From: Felis catus
Taxonomy: Eukaryota
Assembly: GCF_018350175.1 (NCBI RefSeq)
Contig: NC_058383.1
Span: 27,158,001 to 27,222,000, forward strand
Length of the DNA stretch: 64,000 nt
Reading direction: 5' to 3'
Shown: positions 36,850-49,799 of the stretch, in pieces
How positions within the stretch are numbered: position 1 is the first letter of the stretch
How the letters are laid out: the number at the start of each line of letters is the position of its first letter
Made by a program: the position numbers and the translations under genes
Notes under the pieces: generated by a model
Databases searched by the model: none
What the model saw: only the letters and a program-made list of their open reading frames with translations
Told to the model about the DNA's origin: nothing

Positions 36850-37050
36850 GGAGGCAGGGAAGGGCAGTGACTGAGTGCAGGCTCCGGAATCAGGCAGCTG
36901 GCTTTGAATCTGGGGCACACTAATGATCAGTGTGACCTTGGTAAATCCCTGCATTTCTCGAAGCCTTGAGTTTCTCACCTCTAAATGAAATTCCATTTAG
37001 TATCCATGTTAAAGGGTTGTGAGGGTCAAATGAGATAGAACAAAGGTCTT
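36850..37050 (+). mobile_element. MIR
   Basis: tgtgaccttgg...gagtttctcacctctaaatg...agggttgtgagggtcaaatgaga. Confidence 0.8.
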
Positions 37051-37074
37051 TATCGTGATGCTGGCTAAGGATAC

Positions 37075-37380
37075 ACTGATGACGACCATGGTGATGGTGG
37101 AGTTGATGGTGGCAATGACAGTGGTGGAGGTGGGGATAGAGGCAGTGATGATAAGGGTGGAGATGATGGTAATGGCAATGGAGACGATGGAGTAGCGATG
37201 GTGATGATACCAGTGGTTGGTGGGGTGATGGCGACGGTGGATGTGGTGGTGATGACGATAGTAATGGAGGTGATGACAGTCATATGGTGGTGATGGAGAT
37301 AATGAGAGTCGTACGGTGGTGATGGTGATAGTGGTGGTTGATGATGTTGGATGGGGGTGGCATTGGTGATGGTGACAGCA
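37075..37380 (+). repeat. Degenerate (GAT/GGT)n trinucleotide low-complexity tract
   Basis: gatggtggagttgatggtggcaatgac...ggtgatggtgatagtggtggttgatgatg. Confidence 0.85.
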
Positions 37381-38084
37381 TGCTCTCCGTCTGGAATGAC
37401 CTTCCTCTTCCCTCTCAGCTTGGTGAAATTATATCCACACCTAGCAATTTAGCTCAAGGACTATGACACTTTCACTGATTGCCTCCTCTGGGCAAAATTC
37501 TTCCTCATTTGTGTTTTGCAGCGTTTTGTTAATGCCTCAACCATACTACCATCTGCCATATGCAATCAGGATTCCTGTACCTGTCTTGTCTCCTGTCCAG
37601 TACTCATCACCCCTGCAGAGGGGCACTCCTCCCTCCTTCCCTGGCACAAGCAGACTGGCCATTTTATATACGCAGGCTGACATCGAATGGGGCGGATTAC
37701 TGAGGCACCAGAACGTTCCAACTCGTCTCTCCCAATGAGAAGAGAAACAACTCATGGGAGACTGCATCCCTGCCTGCTTCAAGGAAACCTCGGGGCAAGC
37801 TCTTCCCCAGCTTCAAATCACTGTGAGCGCGGGGGGCAGCACCAGAAGACAAGCTTCATTACAGGGTGGGCCCTGACCATCCCGCTAGAAAGCAGCGATC
37901 AAGGGGAGCCAGAACTGAGCACAGCAGAGAGGGGGCCTGGAAAAGCAGCCTGGCTCCCTGCCGTCAGCCTGTGCCAGAGACTTCTGACTGCACAAACAGG
38001 CAAGAGTCCTTCAAGCAGAAATCTATGTGGGAAGGTGCGGGGCAGAAGGCATTCAGCACACCAAGCGGCCTGCTGAGATGCTGG

Positions 38085-38400
38085 CTTCAAAGTGGAGCCT
38101 GCGGGCTGCCAGCTCCTGGGCCTGCCTAGCCTCCAGACAGGTTTTGTTGGGCTTGCTTTCTGTTTTGCTTATTTGTTTTAAATACAGTTGTCAGTCAAAC
38201 CAAAAGATTTCATACAAAAACTCAGATTTCTTACTTTTAAAAACAAGAGTCAGCCTGTGCCTGTCATTCACATGGCAAGATGGTTTGGGGCTTTCGACAG
38301 GACCCGTGTTATTCAGTCAGCCATGGTCCACACCTGCCTGCTCCAGGCTTTTGCGTCCTGGTGGCCTCTCAAAGTATTTCGTCCATGCATTGGACCCTTG
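38085..38400. mobile_element. MER102-like hAT-Charlie element
   Basis: agatttcatacaaaaactcagatttc...cattcacatggcaa. Confidence 0.55.
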
Positions 38401-40262
38401 CATTGAACGTCCATGTGTGAAAATTCCACCTTCATGCTGGTTAAGAGCAGGTACTTGGGAGTAGACCTCAAGCAAGGTACCTCTCTTAAATCATAGCTTC
38501 AATATGGGTCAAACAAGGAGGTTGATGACAGTGGCTTCTCCCTGCTGAAGGACTCAAGACCATACACAGGACAGGCAGTATATCCTCATAACGGAATCTG
38601 TCTCAACAGTGGAGGAGAGTCCCGTGATCACCCCCACCTTGTAAAGGAGGCCCTTGGGATGAAAGAAAGAAAGAAAGTGATCTGCCTCTTAAGTGACAGA
38701 GTCTGGATTCAAATGCAAACGGCAGGGCTCCTGCATCCTTCTGGCCACTCCCCATCCCAGATGCTGAGCTCCTGAGGCCAGTTGCACCCACTGGCAAAAC
38801 CACGCCCCCAAATTCGCTTTTACAAATCTGTGCACACACCTCTCTCTGTGCTTGTTGATAACGGTTTAGTTATGCCCTTGCCTCTCCTGCTAGACTGCGA
38901 GCAACTCGGGGTCTCGTGATACTGATCTCTCCATGGCTGGGGCTTGGCACACTGCCAGGCCCTATCACCTATTTGCCTAATGCATGATAAATAAATGCCC
39001 AATGAATAAATAAGCTTAATGAATAAATAAGCACACGAGAAATCAATCAACTCAGCTCTTGTGTATGGAGCAGACAAAAACAAAAAAAATTAGTAAACTC
39101 AGCTCATTGACTACTTTTTTGACATTTCTAAAATCTCTCCCGGATCATTACAGATTTCACAGCAGCCGACAGAGTGCCCTCCACTTGGGAGTCAAGCAGG
39201 CGAAGTCCTGCGATAAATGCAAAGAAAATAAACTGCTTTTCCCTCCTCCCCAACTCCAAGGCTCAATTCTACCGCGAGCAAAACGAACCGAGTGTTCTTT
39301 GGTGCAGATCCCTAGTAAATGATTACTTAGCCCACAGAGAAACGTCTGTCTGCAAGGCTGTGTTAGTTATTATCCTATCATAATAAAATAGATTATGCTA
39401 CCATAATGAATATGACCATAATGGTTTGCTGGCAGTTTAATCAATGGATTTCTGAACTGCAATTGAGCAAAAATAGGTAACAGAGGATCATTTGATCTAC
39501 ATTTTTATTAATTTGGTACCATTTGTCTTCTGGTTATTTTAATGATCTTTCATTATGGGAAATGGGGAAACTCCCTGGGGAAAAAAAAAAGGAGAGTCAT
39601 CTTGCTCCATTTTCCTCCTTGCCTTGTTTGAGTGTGGAAAATAGCTCATTCCAACTCAATTTGGGAATGGAGATTCCTCACACCTAACTAAACGTAGTTC
39701 CGGATTCCAGAAAGAAAAACTCCCTTATCCCAGACAAATCTGACAACGCTATTCAAGGCACATATACTACTGAGTGTGTTGAAAGCAGCCTGGAGTTTGC
39801 AAAAGCAAATCCCCATCATAACTGTACTCGTTTTTTTTTTTCTTTTTGAGGACCTACTATGTGCTAAGTACAGCACTGAATGCTTTGTAGACTTTTTTTT
39901 CCCCCAGTACTCCCATCGACCCTGCAAAGGGAGGTACCAGTAGCCTCATTTGCAAATGGGGCTCTGAGAGGCCTCTGACCTGCTAAAAAGCGGTAGTAAT
40001 GGGCTCTAAACTCTGAGGACCCCATCCCATTGCCTCTCAATACTCTTCACACACACAACAGGCATGATGCCTCACTTGTTCTCTGGTCCCCAAAGATGGA
40101 CTGAATCACGGTAGAAATTGTGCATTCGGGATCCTGAGTGGGGAATTATGGCAAATGCTTTCTTCGGGGTTCCTTTATGCGTCTGTCTTGATCGTAGGGC
40201 TTTCAGGCTGAAAACATGTTTGCTTAGCGCATCCGTGTGTTTACAGAAAATCCAATGTGGCA

Positions 40263-40452
40263 GGGCACCCGGGTGGCTCAGTGGCAAGTGTCTGACTCTT
40301 GGTTTCAGCTCAGGTCATGATTTCACTGTTCCTGTGTTCGAGCCCAGTGTCGGGCTCTGTGCCGAGTGTGGAGCCTGCTTGGCATTCTCTCTCTCTGTCC
40401 CTATCTCTCCCTCCCTCCTCTCTCTCAAAATAAATAAATTAAAAAAAAAAAA
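40263..40452 (+). mobile_element. Can-SINE with 15-bp TSD
   Basis: agaaaatccaatgtg at 40245-40259 and 40452-40466. Confidence 0.93.
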
Positions 40453-40768
40453 GAAAATCCAATGTGTTGGTAAAACTGCACCTTGAGTGCCCTCCAAGTA
40501 ACAGTTTCTGTCCAAACCTAGTTCCTAGAGCCACCATCCCTGTATTTTTAACCACGTGCACCATTCTCCATCATTTTATGAGAGGCTATACTGATGGGGG
40601 GACTGAGGGGAAAGTCACGAAGGGAGGGGTGAGCTTCTGAGAAAAAAATGGCGGGCACGTTGGTTGATAGGGTGATTTCATTTCTCTTCATCCTGGAAAT
40701 TCTGGAAGCTTGTCTCCACTTACCACTGAGCTGGAATTGGTTCCCTATCAACTTTTCAACTGCAGTAA

Positions 40769-41075
40769 TCAGGGGTTGGAAACACCAAGATCACAGGGGC
40801 CAGGAGGTAACCTGACGAGTGAGGCGGGCCTCAGCGAGAGACCTGATGGAGGAAGGAGAGGACCCGCATCCCATCAAAAGGAGGCTGCTTCTCTCAACGT
40901 CAGACAAACGTTGCTACATGAGGCTCTGCCAGCTTGGGGTTGCCACATTTTCCCTTCAATTCCAAGAGAAGCCAGAAATCTGGAAGCTGAAATGAGGATC
41001 TCCAATCTTTAATCATTAGCAACGAATTCACCAAGTTTAAACCTCTAGTCCCAGCTTGCCCGTATGCCAGCTGTG
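40769..41075. mobile_element. MER102-like element, opposite orientation to the 38085 copy
   Basis: caggggttggaaac...gttgcca...caagagaagccagaaatctgga. Confidence 0.55.
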
Positions 41076-41315
41076 GCCCTGAGAAGATGAGACGAATCAG
41101 TGTGCGGGGCCCGCACGCCTTGTTTTCATTTACTAGCCTAAATGGCTATCAAGAAGCAAAGGAGACGCCAGGACTGTTCATTAGAACGACAGACTGGAGT
41201 GACCAGCTGAAACAGAGAAGACAAAAAGGCGGCTGGATTTGGTGGGGGGCGGACGGTTGCAAAGTCGATGTGGGTGTGGGACGCTAGTGGGACATCTCTG
41301 AGTGGTGACGTCTGC

Positions 41316-42009
41316 TGTGTTAGTTTCCTGGAGCTGCTCCAACAATGGAGTGGCTTCAACACTAGAAATGTATTGTCTCATAGTTCTGGAGGTTGGAAGT
41401 CAAGATCAAAGTGTCAGGGAGGTTGATTCCCTCTGAGGGCTGTGAGAAAGAGTCTATTCCTTCACCCCTCTCAGCTTCCCATGGTGTCCTGGCTATTCCT
41501 GCTGTTCCTTGGCTTATGGACGCCTCACTCCCAACTCCATTTCACGTTCCATGACACACTCCCTGTATGTGTCTATCTCTGTGCCCAAATCTGCCTTTAA
41601 AAAAAATTTTTTTTAACGTTTATCTACCTTTGAGACAGAGAGAGAGGGAGAGAGAGAGAGAGAGTGAGCAAGCATGAGCAGGGGAGGGGCAGAGAGAGAG
41701 GGTGACGCAGAATCTGAAACAGGCTCCAGGCTCCAAGCTGTCAGCAGAGCCTGACGCGCGACTCGAACCCACGAACCGTAAGATCATGACCTGAGCCAAA
41801 GTCGGATGGTTAACTGGCTGAGCCACCCAGGCACCCTAAATTTGCTTTTTATAGGGACACCAGTCATGTTAGAATCGGAGCTCACCCTAATGACCTCAAC
41901 TGAACTTCATCATCTGCAAAGACCATACACTTCCTAATGAGGTCACATTCACAGATACCGGGGGTTTGGACCACAACATCGTTTTGGGGAAACAGTGCAA
42001 GCCATAATA
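41316..42009 (-). mobile_element. MaLR solo LTR (MLT1C-like) interrupted by a SINE
   Basis: tgtgttagtttcctggagctgct...cagttctggagg-like...ggacaccagtcat...catctgcaaagacc...ggtcacattc. Confidence 0.85.
41597..41836 (-). mobile_element. Can-SINE
   Basis: Full body, flanked by aaat(c/t)tgc(c/t)ttt. Confidence 0.93.
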
Positions 42010-42120
42010 TTTACCTAGCAATTGAGTTTAGGATTCTGAAACTCTGGGAAGAGATCTGATTTGAGACTCAGCAGGAGTTAAGTTACTGTTCAACACAGAA
42101 CATAAAATAAAGAACCCCCT

Positions 42121-42340
42121 GGGGCACTTGGGTGGCTCAGAGGGTTGAATATCTGACTCTCGATTTCAGCTCAGGTCACAATCTCAAGGATCACGTGACA
42201 GAGCCTCGTCTTAGGCTCTGTGCTGACAGCTTGGAGCCTGCTGGGGATTTTCTCTCTGCCCCTCCCCCTCTTGCTTGTGAGCATGCACACGCGTGCGCTT
42301 ACTCTGTCTCAAAATAAATAAACTTAAAAAAAAAAAAAAA
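42121..42340 (+). mobile_element. Can-SINE
   Basis: ggggcacttgggtggctcagagggttgaa, with poly-A tail. Confidence 0.92.
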
Positions 42341-43554
42341 GGATGAGGAACCACATTCCAGTGAATGCAACTCTGGCATTTAAAAGATTATATACCCAAG
42401 CATTTGTAAAGATGTTGTTTGGTAATAAAGCTTGCTCCCTCTCAAAGTGTAATGTCCATCGGTGGAAATAATGTACTCAATAAATAATCACCTATTATTA
42501 TTATTACTTAGATGGGCTCCACACTCAGCTCTGTCTTTCAGTAGTTCTCCCCACCATTCTCAGTTGAGAAAGAAGCTCAAATGTAGTAGAGAAAATATTC
42601 GTTTCTTCCCCCAGATGCAATGTTCTCACCCACATCAGTTGGAGTGCCTTATAGCAGTTCCCGTCTCCCCTCCCCCTGGTCATGCGCAGGGATGTGTCTT
42701 GGCTGAAGATGCCAGTGGAGTTTAAGGTTCAAGATCAATGCCCTTTGTCCTGACAGGCAGCGGATTAGTTTTTCAGGACCTTTGTCATGGCTTCAGGAAG
42801 TGCACATGTAATTAAACAGAGCCTGTGCTGGGTTTCACATTAGCTGTGAAGTGTGCCTATGGCAAAAAGGTCTCTTCCTTCCTGAGAGACGCAGAGGTGT
42901 AATTAGAAGCCGGAGACGGTAATCATCAGCATTTCTTACCAGCATTTAAAAATGATGATCCAATATTCACTTGGGCCCAGTTTCACTTCCTGTGAGACCA
43001 CAGCAGTGTCGATCCTGTGTGCCGTGTGTTGGCAAAATATGGGGGGGGCTCCTCTGGGGTCACTCAGGTGACAGTGAGTGTTTAGCCTGTTCTGAACAAG
43101 TTAGCTGATAGGTCCAATGAAAGGCAGCCATGAGCTGGAGAGGCTCTGTCCCGATTTCCAAGTCCGTGTTCTAACACTCCAGGTGGGAGGCCAGCTCCAA
43201 GCCCCTCTGAAGGTCACTGCTGATTCATCAGCCATTCAATAAACATTTTTTGCGCACCTGTTATAGGTCAGGCACCCCACCTTCACGCAGGTTCTCTCCA
43301 GGGAGTGTAGGCGCATCTAGGAACTAGGCTGGTGGGTTTTTATAATGATGTGAAATTGGAGGATTTTTCCTCCGACCTTTCCATCCAGCCAGCCCATCCC
43401 TGAAAGTCAACCGAAACCCCACTGAAACCAGTTTTAGTCATTCCTTGTTGTATCTGTAATTTATTCCCATTCATCAGTTTTGAAGGCAATGGAGAATTTC
43501 TCAAGTCTTGGAATCTACACTGGACATAGTAAGCCCAGGAGCTTTTGTCCCAGA

Positions 43555-43740
43555 ACGGGGCTGGGCAAACTTTTTTCTGTAAAGGGACAGACTGTAAGTA
43601 GGTTAGGCTTTGGGTGCCACGTAGTCCACTGTGGTGTGACTACTCCACTCTACCCTTGAGCCTGGAAAACGGCACAGATGATACATACGTGAATGGGGGT
43701 GGCCATGGTCATATACGACGCCTGAGAAATCAGGTGACCC
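43555..43740. mobile_element. MER58-like MITE
   Basis: gggcaaactttttttctgtaaagggacaga. Confidence 0.75.
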
Positions 43741-44399
43741 GTGTCGGAGAAATCAGGCATGCATTTTTGTGAGGCCATTGGACCCCACTAAAAAAAAAAA
43801 AAAGAAATTCCAAATTCCTTTTCATGGCCTACAACGGCCTGCATGACCAGATGCCTGCTGGTCTTCGTGGCCCATGGTGGCCCCCAAGGCTGACTGAGCT
43901 TTGGCCACCCCTTCCTCCCTTCTGTTCTTAGTGTGCGAGTGCTTGGCCACTTTGGGACGTGAGCACAGCGTTCTTCTGGTTTTAAAAGTTCTACCAGAAC
44001 TGGGCTTTGATTCAGTTCACCAAGTAGGAAGTTTCTCTCACTTCCATCAGCTTTTGCAAAATAATAAATTATCTTATTTACCTTCACAGCACTGAGGTAC
44101 AGACAGTCATCAGCTCCACTGTCCAGATGCAGTAAATTCTCCACTTCTACTGGTTATATCAACACCACTGAGTCTCTCTAACAAACAATCCAGGCATTTC
44201 CTTCAATTCCTCCCCAGCCTTCATCTCTACAGTCAACTGGCTGCCAAGTTCTGCCATATTTGCCCCCTGAATTATTCTTAAATCTCTCAATGTTCTTCCT
44301 TAATTTCTCACCCAGATTATCCCAAAACCATGTTTCTTGAACTCTGCCTGCAGACTTCAACTTCTCTAGCCATCTCTCTGTCCATCCATCTGTCCATCT

Positions 44400-45120
44400 A
44401 ATTGACTCATCTTTTCATCCATTTGTTCATCCATCCATCCATCCTGGGCATCTACTTTGTGCCAGGTGGGCTAAGTACTGAAAAATAAAAACATAACCTG
44501 CCTTCCTTGGAGATTTTAGTCTATTTAGGAAAAGAGATGCTAAACAAATAGCCACACAAAATTACTAACTAGAACAAATGCTATAAAAGACAACTTTCCC
44601 TTACGAAAGCATAACTGGATTTAAGCTCCAAAGAACGATATGAACTTCCCAGGAGAGACATGGGAACGAGGGTGTGGACAGGGAGACCAGAATGTGGGAA
44701 AGCCTCAGGCTGAAGCCTGCTTTCTCTAGGCGTGCAGGAGGCTGGGCGGCCCTGGCACAGGGAGCCATGGTGGGGAGAGGACTGTTGATAAAAACAGACA
44801 AGGCTGGAGAGAGAGGTGGGGCGGTTCCCACGGGACCCCAAAGGGAGTAGAGTCACCCTAGGTACAACGGGTAGACTTTGGTGGGTTTTTAGCAGAAGAG
44901 CAACACAGTTCAAAGTACATCTTAGGAAGAATGTCCTGGATGCAAGGGTCACTTGGCAGATGGCGTAGGGTGGGACAGAGTAGACATGAGGAGATGAGTG
45001 AAGAACGTACTCTGCATCCCCACAAGAGATGTGGGCAACCTGGCCAGAGAGGCTGTGGAGGAGACGGAGAAAAAGGGACCAGTGAGTGACATTCTCACTG
45101 CTGGGTCAGATGCGAGAAGG
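44400..45120 (-). mobile_element. L2 fragment (adjacent plus-strand L2 pieces at 43810-44380)
   Basis: catccatccatcc...catctactttgtgccagg...cctgccttccttggagatttt. Confidence 0.65.
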
Positions 45121-45189
45121 GAGCAGAAAGAAGCCTGAGCCAGCCTCTGTCACCTAAGCTCCTCAGAAGGGAATACTAATCTGAATGAT

Positions 45190-45430
45190 GGGGATAGTAA
45201 GAGATCACTGAACACTGAATGAGCACCCACTCTGTATGTACTAGGTACTTTGTTATGTCTTTTATGTGCATCATCTCAAGACTTAGGAGACAGATACTAT
45301 CACTAGTCCCATTTTACAGATGGGAAGAATGAGGCACAAGGAGGTTGAAACAGCACCCCTGAGGTTCCAGAGGTAGCACCAGGATTCAACTCTAGAACCC
45401 CAAGGATTGGAACCCCATGTTAACTACCAT
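45190..45430 (-). mobile_element. MIR
   Basis: cccattttacagatgggaagaatgaggcaca. Confidence 0.8.
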
Positions 45431-46178
45431 TCTAGTGGTAGAATCTGTGATTCTCAATTTTACAAGTATCATCTGAGTCAGAAAATCCCAATGTAGACAC
45501 TCCCACCCCCACGTACCCAGAGAGGAACCTCACAGGATTCTAGCTGCATAAATAAAGTCTAGAGGCTGAGCTCCACTGATCTGTTGGAGTCTTTATTGCT
45601 CTACAAATGCATTATTAATCAGCCACTGGGGTCCTCCCCATAGAGCCTTTTAAATTACAGTCAAATTCCTTGATAATATTCTGTGTACCTTAATAGTGCA
45701 TTTCCTGTGTTCACAGCAATAAACAAGGGGAGGGCAGGAGGCCTGGATAACCAGGGTAAATTGCCCTTTGCGGTCTAGGCTGAGAAAGCAGTGGCAACAG
45801 CACCTCCAGATTCTCTGGGTCCCAGCTGCAATGCTAATAAAGTCTGGAAACAGACAACACTGTCAAGCCAGCGTCAGGAGCCCGGACCACGGCTCCTTCA
45901 AGCCTGGCTGGCTGTGTGGCTTCTCTGGGCCTTCACGTCACCTTGTCAGGGGCCCCGTGCCTGGAGAGTTTTCAATATGAGTAGGGAGAGCAGAGGCTGC
46001 ATGTAAGTTGGGACCCATAGGCCACCCAAGGGGGCTTGTTGCCTCCCAAGAGGCTCTTAGCAACTTCCGGGCTACTACACGGGGCAGGGGAAGGCAGGTA
46101 TGTACCTTGCCTTCTGCAGTTCTCTTCCCAACCTACCACAGCTGAAAGGGCATAGCAGCCAGAGAGCTCACTCTGAGG

Positions 46179-46376
46179 CAGGGGTCAGCAAACTATGGCC
46201 CTCAGGTCAAATCCAGTCCGTGTGTAAATAATGTTGTATTAGAGCACAGCCATTCACATTTATCTACATATTATTTACACATCTAGCTGAGCAGTTAAGA
46301 CAGAGACCTTAATATGCCCTGCAAAGCCCAAGATATTTACTATCTGGCCTTTTATGAAAAGGCTGCCAATCCCTAC
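46179..46376. mobile_element. MER58A-like MITE
   Basis: caggggtcagcaaactatggccc...atatttactatctggcc. Confidence 0.82.
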
Positions 46377-46719
46377 TGCAAACTATAAATCAGATCAAGC
46401 CATTGTTCCTGCTCAACAGCCATCACTGGCTCCCTACTACCCTACGATCAAGGCGAACTATCTTATCCAGGCCTCAAGATCCTTTTCTGTGGGACCCTGT
46501 CTTAGGCACTGTCTCTGTGATTTGGTTATGTGTAGACCTTGAACAAATCACCGAGCTACACTTTGATTTAGGATCCTCATCTGTAAAATGGGGCAAATGA
46601 AGAGCAACTCAGTGACTTAGAGTGAGGTTCACATGATGTAATCCAGGTTTGCAGAAGAGCTAATTTTTTAAAAAATTGTAAAATATATAGAACATAAAAT
46701 TTACCATCTTAACCATTCA

Positions 46720-46929
46720 AAAAAAATTTTTTTAATGCTTATTTTTGAAAGAGAGAGAGAGCGAGTGAGCACACAAGCAGGGGAGGGGCAGAGAGAGGGA
46801 GACACAGAATCGAAGCAGGCTCCATGTTGTCAGCACAGAACCCGTGTCCGGGCTTGAACTCCTCAACCACAAGATCATGACCTGAGCCGAAGTCAGATGC
46901 TTCACTGACTGAGCCACCCAGGCGCCCCC
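46720..46929 (-). mobile_element. Can-SINE
   Basis: TSD-like ccatct(t/g)aaccatt. Confidence 0.93.
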
Positions 46930-47202
46930 CATCTGAACCATTTTAAGTATACAATTCGGTAGTGTTGAGGACATTCACACTGAGTTCAACCAACCTCTGT
47001 TTTTTCTTTTAATCGGAAAACTCAAACTGTACGCATTAAACAACAGCTCCCCACTCTCCCTTGTGCCTCTATGCATCTGACTATTCTAAGGACCTCATGT
47101 AAGTGGAATCATATGTCTTTTTGCCACTGGCCTATTTCACTTAGCCTAATGTCTTCCAGGTTCATCCATATCATAGCATGTGCCAGAATTTCCTTCCTTT
47201 TT

Positions 47203-47413
47203 TGGGGTGCCTGGATGGCTCAGTTGGCTAAGTTCCAACTCTTGGTTTTGGCTCAGGTCATGATATCACAGTTGGTGGGTTCAAGCCCTGTGTTGGCCTC
47301 CATGCTGACAGCACAGAGACTGCTTGGCATTCTCTCCACCCCCCAACTGCCCCTCCCCTGCTTGTGTGTGTGCACGTTGTCTCTCTCTCCCTCTCTCAAA
47401 ATAAACTTAAAAA
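47203..47413 (+). mobile_element. Can-SINE
   Basis: ggggtgcctggatggctcagttggctaag. Confidence 0.9.
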
Positions 47414-47707
47414 ACAATCTGCTTCCTTTTTAAGGCTGAATAATATTCCATGGTAATGTGGATGTACCACATTTGCTTATCTATTTTTCCATCAACAGAC
47501 ACTTGGCTTGCTTCTACTTTCTGGCTCTTGTGAATATGGCTGCTGTCGACATGGATACACAAACATCTTGAGATCTGCTTACTCTTCTTCTGGATATTTA
47601 CCCAGAACAGAAGGACTAACTTCCATCAAGGACCTCTACAGTACACCACACACATGGTCATTCGGTCCTCACAAGAACCGTACAAAGGCAGAAGCGTGAT
47701 TATCATG

Positions 47708-47836
47708 ACGGTGCCCATACAGTTAACTGCCCACACTGGGAAACTCCTGAGAGGAAAAGCTGTGCTATTTGTAATTATATCAGGGACCATAGTCAGAAAT
47801 GGGGACATCCCGGGCAAAATGGGATGTCAATCATCA
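47708..47836. mobile_element. MER94-like hAT-Blackjack MITE
   Basis: gtgctatttgtaattatatcagggac...ggggacatcccgggcaaaatgggatg. Confidence 0.55.
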
Positions 47837-48196
47837 GAGGTAGTCACTTGCTCAGGTGGTGGTGAGTGGCCAGCCAAAATTCAAACCCAAGTGGACGGAC
47901 TAAAACTGAGCACAATTCCACGTACATCACACACCACCCGGCAGCAGTCAGCGATCAGTAGGTGGTGTTTAATGGTTACTGACTCTTCAGGCTGGGAAGG
48001 GGGACTTTCAGGGGGCGAGGGATCAGCGGGGCTGAGAAAGACACGGCGGTAAGGTGGATGGGTTCCATGCCCAGGAATGAGACTGGGGATACGCACGTCC
48101 ATGCTGAATGGGAACTGGCCACACAGAGGAGAAAAAAGCGCCCAAAGGAAAACACATGAGCCTGCCTCAGACACATCGCCCTGGCTCACAGGAGAG

Positions 48197-48410
48197 CAGG
48201 GTTTCTCAACCGAGACACTTACAGACATCCTGGACTGGAAAGTTCTTGCGCGGCCCGTTCTATGCTTTGTGGGATATTCGGCAGCATCCGTGGTCTGTAC
48301 CCACTGGATGCCAGTAGCATCCCCTGCCGTTTATGATAACTTGTGTCTGCAGACATGACCCACTGTCCCCTGGGAAAGAGCACAATCACCCCCATTCAGA
48401 ACCAATGACC
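48197..48410 (-). mobile_element. MER20-like MITE
   Basis: cagggtttctcaacc...tacccactggatgccagtagca...tgtcccctggg. Confidence 0.8.
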
Positions 48411-48452
48411 TGGATAAAGGGCAGAATTGGGAGGCACAGGGTATTCTCCAGG

Positions 48453-48615
48453 TCAGTGCTACTCAAGGTGTGGTTCTGGAGAAGCAAAAGTTTTTATAAA
48501 GGCAACTTCCTGGGGCCCTGGTACACCCGGATCGGCGTCTCTGGGGGCAGGCCAGGGCATCTGTGTTTTAAGGAGCTCCACTCTGTGAGCCAGTATCCAT
48601 GGTTGTGGAAATGAC
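48453..48615. mobile_element. MER5A-like MITE
   Basis: cagtgctactcaaggtgtggt...gcatctgtgttttaaggagctcc. Confidence 0.65.
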
Positions 48616-49571
48616 TTGCCGGGGTCTCAGAGGCTGAGGAAGTAGAGTTGTTACTAATCTGAAGTCTGACAAAAGCTCCTGGGAAGGAAGCTGACCCCTC
48701 TAGGAGGATGAAGATGTTCTGGAAACTTCTAACATTCTGTTCGTGACTAATACAGCATAGAACATCCTGCTGTAGCTGGTACAGCATTTGTGCAAAACTG
48801 TTTGGGGTACTTACCAAAATTTCAAGCAGACAAGCCTTCTAACCTACCAATTGCGTTTCTCAGGATGATTCTAACAGCCAGTCTCATCTCGAGGTGCCCA
48901 AGAGAATTGAAATTAAGCTCTAATGTCCTGGAGGCAGCCATCATAAGCAGCAAATTAACTTTTTTCCAATGCGTCTAGAATGTTACTAATTACGCACCAT
49001 TTGGGGGAAAAACGAAAAAAGACCCATTCGGTATAGCAAAAATGTGGCAACAATCTATATGTCCACCGTGAGGGAAATGGCTAGTTCAACTAAGGCGTGG
49101 CTATACTCCAGAGTCACCACCAGCCATTACAAAGAGTTATACAGACAGTAAGAGACAGTGGGAAAATAAACATTATATTTGGGTGGGGGGGAGGAATTAC
49201 ATAGGCCTCTATCTCCTGACAGGGATACAGGTCTCAGAACAAGACACTTGTCTAAATTAAAAAAACCAGCTCCAGAACTATGTATCCATTTCATATAGTT
49301 TCTGAGTTTTCCCAGCCCAAACCAGATTCTCTATTTTTGCAAGTTCCAGATCTCCACCTTCGTTCCTTACCACTTGATACCCTCTCCTCAGCACAGAACA
49401 AACTCTACTTTTGCATCTGTTGAACTTAAAGATCTCAACGAACACAACGCGCTTGCACTCCCTTCTCAGAGGGGCCTGGTCAAGCTCAATTTTCCCTCGA
49501 TCTGCCGTGCTGTTTTTTGAAATAATGAGAACATATATTCTCCCACTTGAGTAATTCAAGAAATTACAACA

Positions 49572-49799
49572 GGGGCGCCTGGGTGGCGCAGTCGGTTAAG
49601 CGTCCGACTTCAGCCAGGTCACGATCTCGCGGTCCGGGAGTTCGAGCCCCGCGTCGGGCTCTGGGCTGATGATAGCTCAGAGCCTGGAGCCTGTTTCCGA
49701 TTCTGTGTCTCCCTCTCTCTCTGCCCCTCCCCCGTTCATGCTCTGTCTCTCTGTCCCAAAAATAAATAAATGCTGAAAAAAAAATTTAAAAAAAAAAAA
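49572..49799 (+). mobile_element. Young SINEC_Fc lacking a TSD
   Basis: ggggcgcctgggtggcgcagtcggttaagcgtccgacttcagccaggtcacgatctcgcgg, with CpGs intact. Confidence 0.95.

Larger units (their letters stand above)
46665..47610 (-). mobile_element. L1MB fragment containing two SINEs
   Basis: aacataaaatttaccatcttaaccatt...aaggctgaataatattcca...tctggatatttacccaga. Confidence 0.85.

Noticed and set aside
37065..37380. Thr/Pro- or Asp/Gly-rich ORFs resembling mucin
   Set aside because: They arise from a degenerate GAT/GGT repeat, with no splice or codon evidence.
49572..49655. tRNA-like A and B boxes in SINE heads
   Set aside because: They are tRNA-derived SINE promoters followed by CT tract and poly-A, not tRNA genes.
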